Made by a program: the position numbers and the translations under genes. A stretch of 64,000 bases of DNA from Pseudonocardiaceae bacterium (GTDB lineage Bacteria > Actinomycetota > Actinomycetes > Mycobacteriales > Pseudonocardiaceae). The stretch is taken from the NCBI GenBank assembly GCA_039924425.1, contig JBDTAX010000045.1, forward strand, positions 5,064 through 69,063, written 5' to 3'. Shown here one piece after another: positions 55,967-64,000 of the stretch (its first letter is position 1; every line of letters starts with the position of its first letter). A model generated the notes under the pieces. It was not told the origin of the DNA, made no database searches, and saw nothing but the letters and a program-made list of their open reading frames with translations.

Positions 55967-57067
55967 CTAGCGCACGTGGGAGGGCACGAAAGGGGGTGTG
56001 AGCACCTCACACGGCAGCGCCCGACCACGGACGTCGACCTCGACGCGCTCCCCTGGCCGCACGGCGGGATCGAGCAGCGCCAGCGCGATGCCGGTGCGCA
56101 GCGTGGGGGAGAACGTGCCCGAGGTGGTCTCCCCCAGCGGCGCCCCCGCCGTGGACCGCACCGTCATGTGCGGTCGCGGCACCCCGCGCCCGAGGGCGCG
56201 CAGCCCGCGCAATCGCCGGGACGGGCCGGCGCCGCGCTCGGCGAGCAGCGCCTGGCGTCCCCAGAAAGCCGGCTTGTCCCAGCCGATCGCCCAGGACAGG
56301 CCAGCCTGCGGCGGAGTGATGTCCGGACCCAGATCCTGGCCGTGCAACGGGTAGCCCATCTCGGTGCGCAGGGTGTCCCGGGCACCGAGCCCGCAGGCGC
56401 GGCCACCGAGCGGGCCGGCGGCGGCCAGCAGCTCAGTCCACAATGCGGGCGCGTGCTCCCAGGGCGCCAACAGCTCATAACCACGCTCGCCGGTGTAGCC
56501 GGTGCGCCCCACCCGCACCGATACGCCCTGATGCTGGGTGTCAGCGAAGGCCATGTAACCGATGTCAGCGACGTTCACGACAGTAGCGAGCAGCTCGGCC
56601 GAGCGTGGCCCCTGGACCGCGAGCACGGCGTACTCGTCCCGCTGATCGGCCACCGTCACCCCCGGCGGCGCCGCGGCGGCCAGCAGGCGAGCGACGTGCG
56701 CGGCGTTGGCGGCATTGGGCACGCAGAACACCTCCTCCGGGCTGACCAGGTAGGCGATCAGGTCGTCCAGCACTCCGCCGTCCTCGGCGCAGCACAGGGT
56801 GTACTGGGCCTGCCCCGGGCCGATCTTGGCCAGCTCCGCGGTGAAGCAGGAGTTGACGAGCGCCGCCGCACCCGGACCGGTGATGCTGAGCTTGCCCAGG
56901 TGTGTGACGTCGAACACACCGACGGTCTCACGCACCGCGGTGTGCTCGGCGACGATGCCTCCACCGGGATAGCTGATCGGCATCTCCCACCCGCCGAACA
57001 GCCCGAGGGTGGCGCCGGCGTCGACGTGGTGGGTGTGCAGGGGTCCGCGGTGCGGATCGGTACTCAC
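55967..57067 (-). CDS. gcvT: Glycine cleavage system aminomethyltransferase T
   Basis: GGWEMPISY, VGVFDVTHLGKLSITG, RTGYTGERGYELL, and a C-terminal barrel. Confidence 0.92.
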   Translation of the reverse strand: MSTDPHRGPLHTHHVDAGATLGLFGGWEMPISYPGGGIVAEHTAVRETVGVFDVTHLGKLSITGPGAAALVNSCFTAELAKIGPGQAQYTLCCAEDGGVLDDLIAYLVSPEEVFCVPNAANAAHVARLLAAAAPPGVTVADQRDEYAVLAVQGPRSAELLATVVNVADIGYMAFADTQHQGVSVRVGRTGYTGERGYELLAPWEHAPALWTELLAAAGPLGGRACGLGARDTLRTEMGYPLHGQDLGPDITPPQAGLSWAIGWDKPAFWGRQALLAERGAGPSRRLRGLRALGRGVPRPHMTVRSTAGAPLGETTSGTFSPTLRTGIALALLDPAVRPGERVEVDVRGRALPCEVLTPPFVPSHVR

Positions 57068-57153
57068 GGCTGTGGAACGCTACCTCTCGTGGCCACAGAC
57101 CCAGCCACCGCACCCACGCCTCGAAACATTCCAGATCAGCGAGGAGATCACCC

Positions 57154-58641
57154 GTGACCACCCCGACGCTGCGCCTCACCGATGCCGAGGTGACCACCGC
57201 GACCGTCGATGCCCTCGTGGTGGGGACCATGTCCACCGATGACGGTCCCCGGCTGCTCCCCGGCGCCGAGGTGGTCGATGCGGCGTTCGGCGGCACGCTC
57301 ACCACGCTGTTGGCCCTGCTGGGGGCCAAAGGCAAGGCCGACGAGGTGATCAAAGTGCCCACCGGCGACGCCATCAGCGCCCCACTGCTGATCGCCACTG
57401 GTCTCGGCGCCGTCGAGCACCAGCCCACCAGCGAGCAGGTGCGCCGAGCCGCGGGCGCGGCCTCCCGGGCGCTGTCGGGCACCTCTCGGGCGCTCACCAC
57501 GTTGTCCCGGATCGACCTGGCCGCCACCGCGGAGGGCACCGCGCTGGGCGGCTACGCCTTCACCGCCTACCGATCCCGCAACGGCGACGGGCCGCTGGGC
57601 CAGATGGATTTGTCGGTGCCCTCAGCCGACGACGCTGGAGCACGACGGGACCTGGCCCGGGCCATCGCCATCACCGAAGCGGTCACCGCCGCGCGTGACC
57701 TGGTGAACACCCCGCCCAACGACCTCTACCCGGCCTCGTTCGCGGACCGCGCCGTCACGCTGGCACAGGCGGCCGGGCTGCGCACCGAAGTGCTCGACGA
57801 GGTGGCGCTGCGGCGCGAGGGTTACGGCGGCATCCTCGGCGTCGGCGGCGGTTCGTCGCGCCCGCCGCGGCTGGTCCGGCTGCATTACACCCCACCCGCG
57901 CCGCGAGCGAAGGTCGCGCTGGTCGGCAAGGGGGTCACCTTCGACACCGGCGGGATCTCGATCAAACCAGCGGCCAAGATGGAAGAGATGACCATGGACA
58001 TGGCGGGTGCGGCCGCCATGGTCGTCACCGCGGTGCTCGCCGCCCGGCTCGAGCTCCCAGTGGAGGTGATCGCCACCATTCCGATGGCCGAGAACATGCC
58101 CTCGGCCACCGCGTACCGGCCCGGGGACGTCCTGACGATGTACGGCGGCAGCACCGTCGAGGTGCTCAACACCGACGCCGAGGGGCGGCTGATTCTGGCC
58201 GACGCGCTGGTCCGCGCGGCGCAGGACGCCCCGGACTACATCATCGACACCGCCACCCTGACCGGCGCCCAGGTCGTCGCGCTGGGCCACCGCACCCCGG
58301 GAATCATGGGCACCCCCGAGTTCCGCGACCGGGTCACCGCGATCTCCCAGCAAGTCGGGGAGAACGGGTGGGCCATGCCGCTGCCCGAGCACCTGCGCTC
58401 CGATCTGGACTCCGCGCTCGCTGACATCGCCAACGTGGCGAACCACCGCTACGGCGGAATGCTCATGGCCGGGGTGTTCCTGTCTGAGTTCGTCCCCGCC
58501 GACGTCGCCTGGGCGCATCTGGACATCGCGGGCCCGGCCTACAACACCGGCGCACCGTGGGGATACACCAGCAAGGGCGGCACCGGAGTGCCGGTCCGCA
58601 CGCTGGCCGCGGTCCTCACCGACATCGCCGAGCGGGGCTGA
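57154..58641 (+). CDS. pepA: Leucyl aminopeptidase (M17)
   Basis: VGKGVTFDTGGISIKP, NTDAEGRLILADAL and DIAG metal-ligand blocks. GTG start. Confidence 0.9.
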   Translation: MTTPTLRLTDAEVTTATVDALVVGTMSTDDGPRLLPGAEVVDAAFGGTLTTLLALLGAKGKADEVIKVPTGDAISAPLLIATGLGAVEHQPTSEQVRRAAGAASRALSGTSRALTTLSRIDLAATAEGTALGGYAFTAYRSRNGDGPLGQMDLSVPSADDAGARRDLARAIAITEAVTAARDLVNTPPNDLYPASFADRAVTLAQAAGLRTEVLDEVALRREGYGGILGVGGGSSRPPRLVRLHYTPPAPRAKVALVGKGVTFDTGGISIKPAAKMEEMTMDMAGAAAMVVTAVLAARLELPVEVIATIPMAENMPSATAYRPGDVLTMYGGSTVEVLNTDAEGRLILADALVRAAQDAPDYIIDTATLTGAQVVALGHRTPGIMGTPEFRDRVTAISQQVGENGWAMPLPEHLRSDLDSALADIANVANHRYGGMLMAGVFLSEFVPADVAWAHLDIAGPAYNTGAPWGYTSKGGTGVPVRTLAAVLTDIAERG

Positions 58642-58663
58642 GGGTTCACACGGGGCTGAAAGT

Positions 58664-58993
58664 TCAGTCGCGCTCGCGGAGAATGCGCTGGCGTGCGGTG
58701 TAGTCCCGCATTCGCTGCGGATATCCGACCTGACGCACGTCATAGACCGGGATCCGCAGCCGCTTGCCCAGCCGCCGAGCGCCCTGGCCGCCATCGATCC
58801 GGCGGCGGGTCCACTCACCGTCGTGCGCGACCAGCACCACGGTGGTCTCGGTGAACGTGGTGCGGGGCTCGACGAACGCCTCCACTCCCCGACGGGCCGC
58901 GGCCCACTGCTCGAGATAGTCGGCGTCCGCCTCAGTTGCGGCGCGCCTGGTTCCAGGACGGCGCCTGCCCAGGAGCCGATCCAGCACACCCAC
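58664..58993 (-). CDS. Hypothetical protein
   Basis: 109-aa ORF with balanced composition and high GC3. I recognise no motif. Confidence 0.5.
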   Translation of the reverse strand: MGVLDRLLGRRRPGTRRAATEADADYLEQWAAARRGVEAFVEPRTTFTETTVVLVAHDGEWTRRRIDGGQGARRLGKRLRIPVYDVRQVGYPQRMRDYTARQRILRERD

Positions 58994-59107
58994 CTGGGTA
59001 CCTCCTTACGCGTGCTCGCCCACGTCGCCGACACGCCAGGCGTGATGACAAGATGACCCTGGCGTCCAACTCCACGTTACCGACGTTTGCTTGAGGAGCG
59101 TCTTGTC

Positions 59108-60493
59108 GTGACCAGCACTCCAGCCACGGATGCCGCCGCCGATCTGGTGATCCTCGGCGGCGGCTCAGGCGGTTACGCCTGCGCGCTGCGCGCCGCGCAA
59201 CTGGGCCTGTCGGTCACCCTGGTGGAGCAGGACAAGCTGGGCGGCACCTGCCTGCACCGGGGCTGCATCCCGACCAAGGCGCTGCTGCAGGCCGCCGAGG
59301 TGGCCGACGCCGCGCGGGACGGCCACCAGTTCGGGGTGAAAACCGCGCTCGAGGGCATCGACATGGGTGGGGTGAACAAGTACAAGGACGGCATCGTCGC
59401 CAAGATGTTCAAGGGCCTGCAGGGGTTGGTGGCCTCCCGCGGCATCAACTACGTCGAGGGCACCGGCCGGTTCGTCGCCCCGAACGCCGTCGACGTCGAC
59501 GGGCGGCGTTACACCGGGCGCTCTGTCGTGCTGGCGACCGGTTCCTACGCCAAGTCCCTGCCCGGGCTGGAGATCGGTGGCCGGTTCATCACCAGCGATC
59601 AGGCGCTGACCCTGGACTACCTGCCCGAGCGCGTGGTGGTGCTGGGCGGCGGCGTGATCGGAGTCGAGTTCGCCAGCGTGTGGCGCTCCTTCGGGGCCGA
59701 GGTGACCATCATCGAGGCGCTGCCCCGGCTGGTCCCAGCCGAGGACGAGTTCTGCTCCAAGCAACTGGAGCGGGCCTTCCGCCGGCGCGGGATCACGTTC
59801 AAAACCGGGGTGCGGTTCACCGGCGCGGACCAGTCCGACTCCGGGGTCATGGTGAGTGTGGAGTCCGGTGAGCGGTTCGAGGCCGATCTGCTGCTGGTCG
59901 CCGTTGGCCGGGGGCCGAACACCGCGACCGCCGGGTACGCCGAGTCCGGCGTGCGGATGGAGCGCGGCTTCGTGCTCACCGACGATCGGCTGCGCACCAA
60001 CCTTCCGGGAGTGTACGCGCTCGGGGACATCGTGCCCGGTTTGCAGCTCGCGCACCGCGGCTTCGCCCAGGGCATCTTCCTCGCCGAGGACATCGCGGGT
60101 CGCAACCCGACCCCGATCGACGAGGACGGCATCCCGCGGGTGACCTACTGCGAGCCGCAGGTGGCTTCGGTCGGGCTGACCGAGGCGCGAGCCCGGGAAC
60201 GCCACGGCGAGATCGACACACTCACCTACGACCTGGCCGGCAACGGCAAGAGCGTCATCCTGCAGACCCGGGGCGCGATCAAGCTGGTGCGCGCCCGCAA
60301 CGGCCCGGTCGTGGGGGTGCACCTGGTCGGCGACCGGGTCGGCGAACTGGTCGGCGAGGCCCAGCTGATCGTCAACTGGGAGGCTTACCCGGAGGACGTC
60401 GCCGCGCTGGTACACGCCCACCCGACACAGAACGAGGCGCTCGGCGAGGCGCACCTCGCCCTGGCCGGCAAGCCGCTGCACATGCACGGTTGA
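59108..60493 (+). CDS. lpdA: Dihydrolipoyl dehydrogenase
   Basis: GTG 59108 lies 9 nt after GAGGAG. FAD fold [21 protein letters not shown], redox disulfide [13 protein letters not shown], and the NAD fold [14 protein letters not shown]. Confidence 0.92.
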   Translation: MTSTPATDAAADLVILGGGSGGYACALRAAQLGLSVTLVEQDKLGGTCLHRGCIPTKALLQAAEVADAARDGHQFGVKTALEGIDMGGVNKYKDGIVAKMFKGLQGLVASRGINYVEGTGRFVAPNAVDVDGRRYTGRSVVLATGSYAKSLPGLEIGGRFITSDQALTLDYLPERVVVLGGGVIGVEFASVWRSFGAEVTIIEALPRLVPAEDEFCSKQLERAFRRRGITFKTGVRFTGADQSDSGVMVSVESGERFEADLLLVAVGRGPNTATAGYAESGVRMERGFVLTDDRLRTNLPGVYALGDIVPGLQLAHRGFAQGIFLAEDIAGRNPTPIDEDGIPRVTYCEPQVASVGLTEARARERHGEIDTLTYDLAGNGKSVILQTRGAIKLVRARNGPVVGVHLVGDRVGELVGEAQLIVNWEAYPEDVAALVHAHPTQNEALGEAHLALAGKPLHMHG

Positions 60494-60527
60494 TCGAACA
60501 CACAAAGACGAGGGGTCGGAGAACCAG

Positions 60528-62288
60528 ATGGCGCACTCCGTGGCGATGCCAGCGCTCGGCGAAAGTGTCACCGAGGGAACGGTGACGCGCTGGCTCAAGC
60601 GGGAGGGTGACACCGTCGAGGTCGACGAACCACTGGTCGAGGTGTCCACCGACAAGGTCGACACCGAGATCCCCTCCCCCGCGGCCGGCGTGCTGCAGCG
60701 GATCGTGGTGGCCGAAGACCAGACCGTCGCGGTCGGCGCCGAGCTCGCGGTGATCGGTGACGCCAATGACCGCACCGCGCCAGCGGAGCCTCCGCCAGCG
60801 AAGCCCCAGCCAGTGGCGCCTCAACCGGTGGAGCCCCAGTGGGTGGAGCCCCAGCGCGTGGAGCCCACCCCACGGCCGGCCGCCCCATCGGCACCGCGCG
60901 CCGGGGGCTCGGGGACACCCGTAGTGATGCCAGCACTAGGTGAGAGCGTCACGGAGGGAACAGTGACGCGGTGGCTCAAGCAGGTCGGTGACACCGTCGC
61001 CGTGGACGAGCCGCTCGTCGAGGTGTCCACCGACAAGGTCGACACCGAGATCCCCTCCCCGGTGGCCGGCACCGTGCTGGAGATCGCCGTCGCCCAGGAC
61101 GAGACCGCTGCGGTCGGCGCCACGCTGGCCACCGTCGGTGACCGCGACCGGGCAACGACAGAGGCCGCCCCGGAACGGCCCGAGCCACCCGCCGAGCCGG
61201 AGCGGGCCGCCGAGCCCGAGCAACCCGCCGAGCGTGGCTCGGCATCCGTGTTCGCTGGACCCGACGCGGCGGCCGGCGGCGCGCCGTACGTGACACCCCT
61301 GGTGCGCAAGCTCGCGGCCGAGCACGGCATCGACCTGTCGATCGTGCAAGGCACCGGGGTTGGCGGCCGGATCCGCAAGCAGGACGTGCTCGCCGCCGTC
61401 GAAGCGCCCGAACCAGAGCCGGCTCAACCAGCGGCCGCCGCAGCGCCGACGCCGCCAGCGACCCCTGTGGCGCCAGCCACCCCCGCGCCGTCAGCCCCCC
61501 CTGGGGCGCCGGTGCCGTCGCCAACCACCGCCGCTCCGCGCGCGGCCCAGTCACCGTCCGCCGCCGAGCCGCGCGGCAGGACCGAGAAGATGTCCCGGAT
61601 GCGCAGCGTCATCGCCAAGCGGATGGTCGAGTCGCTCCAGATCTCCGCGCAGCTCACCACCGTGGTGGAGGCCGACATCACCCGGCTCGCGCGGCTGCGG
61701 GATCGGGCCAAGCGGGACTTCGAGGCCCGCGAAGGCGTCAAGCTGTCGTTCCTGCCGTTCTTCGCGCACGCCACCGTGGAGGCGCTCAAGCAGCACCCGA
61801 AGGTAAACGCCTCGATCGACACCGACCGGGGTGAGGTCACCTACCACGGCGCGGAGCACCTGGGCATCGCCGTGGACACCGAGCGGGGCCTGCTGGTTCC
61901 GGTGATCCACGACGCGGGTGACCTCAACATCGCCGGTCTGGCCCGGCGGATCGCCGACCTCGCCGAGCGGACCAGGACTAACAAGATCACCCCGGACGAG
62001 ATGAGCGGCGGCACGTTCACCCTCAGCAACACCGGCTCACGCGGGGCCCTGTTCGATACTCCGATCATCCTGCAGCCGCAGGTCGGGATCCTCGGCACCG
62101 GCACCGTGGTCAAGCGACCGGTGGTGACCTCCGGCGAGGACGGCGACGCCGTCGCGATCCGCTCAATCATCTACCTGGCGCTGTCCTACGACCACCGGCT
62201 GGTGGACGGCGCCGACGCGGCGCGCTTCCTCAACACCGTCGCGGCGCGCCTCACCGACGCCGTGTTCGAGCGCGACCTCGGACTGTAA
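60528..62288 (+). CDS. sucB: Dihydrolipoamide acyl(succinyl)transferase E2 with two lipoyl domains
   Basis: Two lipoyl domains, each with [13 protein letters not shown]. Pro/Ala-rich linkers, a peripheral-subunit-binding domain ([18 protein letters not shown]), and a catalytic domain with DHRLVDG. Confidence 0.92.
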   Translation: MAHSVAMPALGESVTEGTVTRWLKREGDTVEVDEPLVEVSTDKVDTEIPSPAAGVLQRIVVAEDQTVAVGAELAVIGDANDRTAPAEPPPAKPQPVAPQPVEPQWVEPQRVEPTPRPAAPSAPRAGGSGTPVVMPALGESVTEGTVTRWLKQVGDTVAVDEPLVEVSTDKVDTEIPSPVAGTVLEIAVAQDETAAVGATLATVGDRDRATTEAAPERPEPPAEPERAAEPEQPAERGSASVFAGPDAAAGGAPYVTPLVRKLAAEHGIDLSIVQGTGVGGRIRKQDVLAAVEAPEPEPAQPAAAAAPTPPATPVAPATPAPSAPPGAPVPSPTTAAPRAAQSPSAAEPRGRTEKMSRMRSVIAKRMVESLQISAQLTTVVEADITRLARLRDRAKRDFEAREGVKLSFLPFFAHATVEALKQHPKVNASIDTDRGEVTYHGAEHLGIAVDTERGLLVPVIHDAGDLNIAGLARRIADLAERTRTNKITPDEMSGGTFTLSNTGSRGALFDTPIILQPQVGILGTGTVVKRPVVTSGEDGDAVAIRSIIYLALSYDHRLVDGADAARFLNTVAARLTDAVFERDLGL

Positions 62289-62316
62289 CACGCAATCCAG
62301 CCAGCTGGATTGCGTG
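62289..62316 (+). terminator. Hairpin immediately after sucB
   Basis: CACGCAATCCAGC (62289-62301) and GCTGGATTGCGTG (62304-62316). There is no clear U-tract. Confidence 0.5.
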
Positions 62317-62500
62317 ATCTCCCGCGCGTAACGGAACATTGACGCCCGCTTGACGCGGTCCCAGCGCCACGGAAAAAACTGTTTCGCTCTTCGATCACGC
62401 TGCCGATTTACTTGCGCTCAGTTTTTATTCCACCACGTCGCGCTCTTTTCTCACCGCTGGCTTCCTCCCGTTTACGGAGAGTCAATTCTTGAACCCGTTG

Positions 62501-62529
62501 TTGACAACAGCTTCGGCGTGCGCTTAACT
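62501..62529 (+). promoter_or_regulatory. Near-consensus promoter candidate for the small peptide gene
   Basis: TTGACA (62501-62506), a 17-nt spacer, then TTAACT (62524-62529), in an AT-richer intergenic tract. It implies a leader of about 240 nt. Confidence 0.45.
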
Positions 62530-62776
62530 CTCCAATGCACCAAGAACCACCCGAAATCGGCACTACGGAAATGTTGGGGAAATGTCGCGTCGCTAACCCG
62601 ATAGTTTCTTCTCCCCTCCCGTTTATCACCACGGGACGCAACGCCACGACCACGCCAGCAAATTCGTTGAGTCATCATCTAAAAAAACGTTCCAACGGAG
62701 GAGATTTCGGGTGGCGAAATACAACCACCTCAAATTCGAGGTGGAGTCAACAACAACAGATTCAGAAGGAGATATC

Positions 62777-62896
62777 ATGGGACTCGCGGGAATCTTTACT
62801 GGCATCAGTACTGTTGTGGGTGGCGTCACCGGTATTCTGGGCGGCGCGGTCAGCTTGGTGAATGGGCTTCTGGGTGCCGTTCTGGGCGCCCTGTAG
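62777..62896 (+). CDS. 39-aa completely uncharged Gly-rich hydrophobic peptide
   Basis: ATG 62777 lies 5 nt after AAGGAG. Product is MGLAGIFTGISTVVGGVTGILGGAVSLVNGLLGAVLGAL. Composition and the VTGILGG/ITGLLGG segment resemble the N-terminus of the 6309 gene. A terminator-like hairpin and a paralogous permease follow. Confidence 0.55.
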   Translation: MGLAGIFTGISTVVGGVTGILGGAVSLVNGLLGAVLGAL

Positions 62897-62924
62897 TCGC
62901 AGCCTTGAGGTGATGTGACGCGAT

Positions 62925-62988
62925 GGCCCCCTCCTGCGACGGAGATGTCCCCGAAACATTTCTCGCAGTAGGAGGGGCCGTTGTTTTC
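62925..62988 (+). terminator. Intrinsic-terminator-like hairpin between the peptide gene and the permease gene
   Basis: Long imperfect stem: GGCCCCCTCCTGCGA (62925-62939) pairs with TCGCAGTAGGAGGGGCC (62963-62979), with inner GAGATGT/ACATTTC pairing. The U-rich GTTGTTTTCC follows. Confidence 0.55.
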
Positions 62989-63038
62989 CAGCGAAAACTC
63001 TTGCGCTCGACGCCGGGGAATCAAGCGAAGGACGGTAC

Positions 63039-64000
63039 ATGAGTTTGCGGGAAGCGTTTCTCATCGCGCTGCGCGGGGTGCGTGCGCACCGGCTGCGCTC
63101 CGCGCTGACCATGCTCGGCCTCATCATCGGAATCTCTGCGGTGATCTTCCTGGTCGCCATCGGCGACGGGGTGCAGAAATCGATCGACGCGCGCATCGAA
63201 CCGCTGGCCAATCTGATCACCGTCGTGGCCTCGACCGGGGACCTCCCCGGCGGCCCGGCCCCGAAAAACCTGATCGATGCCGACGTCTCGGCATTGCAGA
63301 AGGCACCCGACGTCATGGCCGTCACCCCGGTAGTCGCCGGCGCGTCATTGATCAAGGCTGACGTCGCCCAGTCCATCGCCGCGTCCCGGACGACCGTCGT
63401 CGGCTCCACCGAAGACTGGTTCGATGTGAACAACCGCGACATCGCGGCCGGGTCGTTCTTTGACTCCGACCAGGTCAGCTCCGCCGCCAGAGTCGTCGTG
63501 CTGGGGCCCACCCCGGTGGCCAACCTGTTTGGTGGCAACACCGCCGCCGCCATGGGCAGCACTGTCCAGATCAACCGGCAGAACTTCACAGTCGTCGGGG
63601 TGATGCAGTCTGTTGGCATGCCGGGTGACGACATGGTGGTCATGCCGCTGAAAACCGCACGCAACTATGTCTTCGGTCTCGGCGACGTTGTCAACGAGGC
63701 CACAGTGCAAGCCGCCTCGGTGGCCGCCGTACCGGCGGCGACAAACGAGGTGACCAACATTCTGGACACCCGGCACAACATCAGCACTCCCGCAGCCCGG
63801 GATTTCCAGGTCCAGTCTCTGACTTCCAAGATCACTCAGTTCAACCAGATTCTTCGTATTCTTACCTTGTTCACCGCCGCTGTCGCCGCGATCTCCTTGA
63901 TGGTCGGTGCGGTTGGCGTCTTGAACATCATGCTGGTCTCAGTGACGGAGCGAACCCGGGAAATCGGCATCCGCAAAGCGATCGGGGCCACCAGCCGCGC
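63039..64000 (+). CDS. MacB/FtsX-type ABC transporter permease, paralog of 6953..8194 (3' end beyond window)
   Basis: My translation from ATG 63039 is MSLREAFLIALRGVRAHRLRSALTMLGLIIGISAVIFLVAIGDGVQKS...GVLNIMLVSVTERTREIGIRKAIGATSR. It is colinear with the first permease, roughly 70% amino-acid identity by eye. There is no stop before the window end, so it is absent from the ORF track. Confidence 0.9.
   Translation, partial: MSLREAFLIALRGVRAHRLRSALTMLGLIIGISAVIFLVAIGDGVQKSIDARIEPLANLITVVASTGDLPGGPAPKNLIDADVSALQKAPDVMAVTPVVAGASLIKADVAQSIAASRTTVVGSTEDWFDVNNRDIAAGSFFDSDQVSSAARVVVLGPTPVANLFGGNTAAAMGSTVQINRQNFTVVGVMQSVGMPGDDMVVMPLKTARNYVFGLGDVVNEATVQAASVAAVPAATNEVTNILDTRHNISTPAARDFQVQSLTSKITQFNQILRILTLFTAAVAAISLMVGAVGVLNIMLVSVTERTREIGIRKAIGATSR

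Noticed and set aside
57068-57153. Glycine riboswitch upstream of gcvT
   Set aside because: The divergent gcvT/pepA intergenic region is only 86 nt. I could not find the conserved glycine-aptamer blocks.
59165-60775. 536-aa ORF on the - strand
   Set aside because: It is antisense to lpdA and the start of sucB, both of which have unambiguous motifs. This is a shadow ORF.
62711-62776. GTG 62711 as the start of the small peptide gene (61-aa version MAKYNHLKFEVESTTTDSEGDI...)
   Set aside because: The AAGGAG RBS sits 5 nt before ATG 62777. The charged 22-aa extension has no counterpart in the locus-1 peptide. It cannot be fully excluded, because a leader peptide is conceivable.
62535-63024. 108-aa (+) and 132-aa (-) ORFs overlapping the small peptide gene region
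   Set aside because: They have no RBS, an odd composition, and overlap the better-supported peptide gene and terminator hairpin.
1-64000. tRNA, rRNA, tmRNA genes and CRISPR arrays
   Set aside because: Visual scanning of all intergenic regions found no T-loop-type GGTTCGAATCC-like motifs in a cloverleaf context. I found no rRNA-like conserved blocks and no regularly spaced 25-40 bp repeats. The scan was by eye only, so small RNAs could have been missed.

Overview
High-GC actinobacterial chromosomal window (roughly 70% G+C by eye, strong GC3 bias, many GTG/TTG starts and ATGA/GTGA-coupled genes). I found no rRNA, tRNA or CRISPR array.

The backbone from 35.7 to 62.3 kb is a conserved housekeeping block. 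Its order matches, from memory, the mycobacterial Rv2182c-Rv2215 neighbourhood: plsC-like acyltransferase, SRPBCC protein, GT4 mannosyltransferase-like gene, two RipC-like NlpC/P60 endopeptidases, trpD, ctaE, qcrCAB, ctaF, ctaC, asnB, a HesB/ErpA-like gene, DUF3043, cobU-cobT-cobS, ilvE, gcvT, pepA, lpdA and sucB/dlaT.

The left part (0-35.6 kb) is more accessory:
- an iron-box-preceded three-gene NIS siderophore operon (two IucA/IucC synthetases plus a PLP decarboxylase)
- rarA, an SGNH hydrolase and aspS
- a decayed patch at 10.5-13.5 kb (asparagine-synthetase-like pseudogene, possible IS remnant, low-GC orphan gene, NfeD/flotillin pseudogenes)
- an XRE/DUF397 pair, a Usp protein and a DesK/LuxR-type two-component operon
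- a 10-kb six-gene operon of circularly permuted ATP-grasp, alpha-E and transglutaminase-like proteins
- a small toxin-antitoxin-like pair
- a lower-GC, frameshifted Cap4-nuclease/STAND-NTPase/TPR (Avs-like) defence gene

The most unusual signal is a duplicated module at 6.2-8.2 kb and 62.5-64 kb. Each copy sits in an AT-richer leader and encodes a completely uncharged Gly-rich hydrophobic peptide followed by a hairpin and a MacB/FtsX-type ABC permease. No ATPase gene is visible next to either permease. In the first copy the peptide is joined to a peptidase-S74 self-cleaving intramolecular-chaperone domain, but that reading frame is interrupted.

Other notable items are a ydaO-type (c-di-AMP) riboswitch candidate upstream of the first NlpC/P60 gene, two ~115-bp tandem repeats, a 17-bp tandem repeat upstream of asnB, and several long perfect palindromes at gene junctions.
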